In this document: one piece after another, positions 62,673 through 64,000 of the stretch
Layout of the letters: the number at the start of each line of letters is the position of its first letter
How positions within the stretch are numbered: the stretch's first letter is position 1
Assembly (NCBI GenBank): GCA_963719035.1
Contig: CAVRAO010000002.1
Span: 608,001 to 672,000 of the forward strand
Reading direction: 5' to 3'
Source: Methanobacteriota archaeon
GTDB lineage: Archaea; Halobacteriota; Bog-38; Methanoflorentales; Methanoflorentaceae
DNA length: 64,000 bases
The notes under the pieces: generated by a model
Seen by the model: the letters and a program-made list of their open reading frames with translations, nothing else
Told to the model about the DNA's origin: nothing
The model's database searches: none
Position numbers and translations under genes: made by a program

Positions 62673-63825
62673 CTAGCTTTGTTCGCTTTTATTTCGGTCG
62701 CTGCAGTCTCGGATAATGAACTCTTCTATCTGATCTCGTGCTCGCTCGCGTGCCGTCTGGTGGCGTTTCAGGAACTGTACAACCTTAGCAGCAAGCTCCT
62801 TTTTGCACTCGCCACAAACGCGTGCCCCCTGCAAACACTCCTGACGCATCTCAAGCGCCCTTCGATCGTCCTTTTCAAATAGGCAAAACGAGTACTGATA
62901 TACTGCACAAACCTCAGGTATTCCGCCAAGTTCTTTCTGTTCTTTCACGGTGGTTCTCCCGCCGGTAAATGCATTGGCTATCTTCTTCCGTGCCTCTTCG
63001 GGGGCGTCTGTTGTGAAAATGCTCGTTTCCGGAAGCGAAGCGGACATTTTGTCGAGGCCTAAAAGGCTTGGGAAGAAGCGGCTATGTACGAGCGCTGGCT
63101 TGTAGTAGCCCATTTTGGGCGCAACGTCACGAGTGATGCGAAAGTGCGGGTCCTGGTCGATCGCACAAGGAATCAGTACCCGGAACGTTTCGCCCTGCCA
63201 AAATCGTTGGCAAGAATGCAGGCGCCGATTGCATGCTGGTAAAAAAAACCATTCCAATGTTAGTGCTTGTATCGAATCCGAAAACCGCTCGAGCCGCCGA
63301 AAACGTCACGCGCTTCGCTACTTCTAGCGCGATTGGATAGAGGGTTCTTACATACTCGGTGTCGAGAAATATCCGCGTCTTTTTCGGATCGAAGCCGAGC
63401 GCGATAAGATCGAGGCAGTTGTCATATGAAAAACCACGCGTCGCGTATGCACTCAGCTCGTCCTTCTGAAGGAATTTTTCATCGTCGGTCATCTGGAAGT
63501 ATAATTCAGCCCCAAATGCGTCTTGCAAGTACTTCGTGAACATCCACGGCATCAGATGACCAAGATGGGTCTGCCCGGAAGGCCCTCTTCCGGTGTAGAG
63601 TACGAACTTCTCACCCGCTTCGTATTGATCCAATATCCAATTGAGGTCTCGATGTGAGAAGAAGACCTGCCGTCGCAACATCAACGGGATTGAACCGGTG
63701 AGTTTCTTAAATCGCGCTAAAACAACCTCGTCTATGGGCTGCGTTCCAAAAAGGGCTATCAGCTTGTTGTAGTCAACGTGACCTTCGACTTCCCACGGAG
63801 TTACGATAAACTCGTCGCTTGGCAT
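62673..63825 (-). CDS. trpS: Tryptophanyl-tRNA synthetase, split by a +1 frameshift near 63180
   Basis: VTPWEV, YTGRGPS..HLGH, TDDEKF in the first ORF. LIPCAIDQDPHF and KMSAS in the second. The 1153-bp span equals 384 codons + 1. Confidence 0.92.
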
Positions 63826-63966
63826 CCTAATCTGGCCCCTTCCCTCTATTTATTTCGGCTATTGATAGTCATCAGCGGTTATAAAGACACCGTATCTTAC
63901 GCGGAAGCTTTGCACTGGCGCTGCTTCTTCGCCCCATTTCGAAACCGGGCAATCAAAAGCAAGCTG

Positions 63967-64000
63967 TTATGGTTTTGCCCGTCCAATGTCAAGGTATTCG
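63967..64000 (-). CDS. C-terminal tail of an upstream gene, possibly tRNA-intron endonuclease
   Basis: Reads EYLDIGRAKP*, resembling euryarchaeal EndA C-termini, and endA often precedes trpS. Only 10 residues are visible. Confidence 0.35.
   Translation of the reverse strand, partial: EYLDIGRAKP

Noticed and set aside
63170-63250. Programmed ribosomal frameshift in trpS at the A8 run
   Set aside because: Homology places the shift near 63180, about 60 bp from the run, and no slippery heptamer with downstream structure is there.
1-64000. Transposases, integrases, phage structural genes and rRNA
   Set aside because: None were recognised in the ORF track or in the intergenic sequence.

Overview
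This is an archaeal chromosome segment, inferred to be Halobacteriota/Methanomicrobia-like from the GGGP synthase, Tsr3, PGF-CTERM protein, SAMP, MTH865 protein and Methanosarcinales-like A-ATPase. Bases 1-16.4 kb are an accessory and envelope region with several decaying genes (catalase fragment, Isf flavoprotein, methyltransferase, dedA remnant), a P-type ATPase and an AbrB + ABC-2 exporter. Bases 16.6-23 kb carry housekeeping genes (gatB, topA, GGGPS, tsr3). Bases 23.5-41 kb hold two complete, divergent, convergently arranged A/V-type ATP synthase operons. Bases 41-55 kb hold a bacterial-type Wood-Ljungdahl carbonyl-branch cluster (acsE, acsV, cooC, acsC, acsD). Its CODH and acetyl-CoA synthase are fused into one 1400-aa polypeptide. 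Next to it is a tandem duplication of promoter-cooF-5'cooS in which a glutamate-synthase-family gene replaces most of the second cooS. The window ends with tRNA-Pro and tRNA-Arg, pheT/pheS, a photolyase + flavin-binding protein + atypical heliorhodopsin cassette, and trpS. Single-base frameshifts in apparently essential genes (GGGPS, trpS) suggest assembly indel errors, so pseudogene calls based only on an indel are uncertain. All assignments come from motif recognition by eye; no database searches were run.
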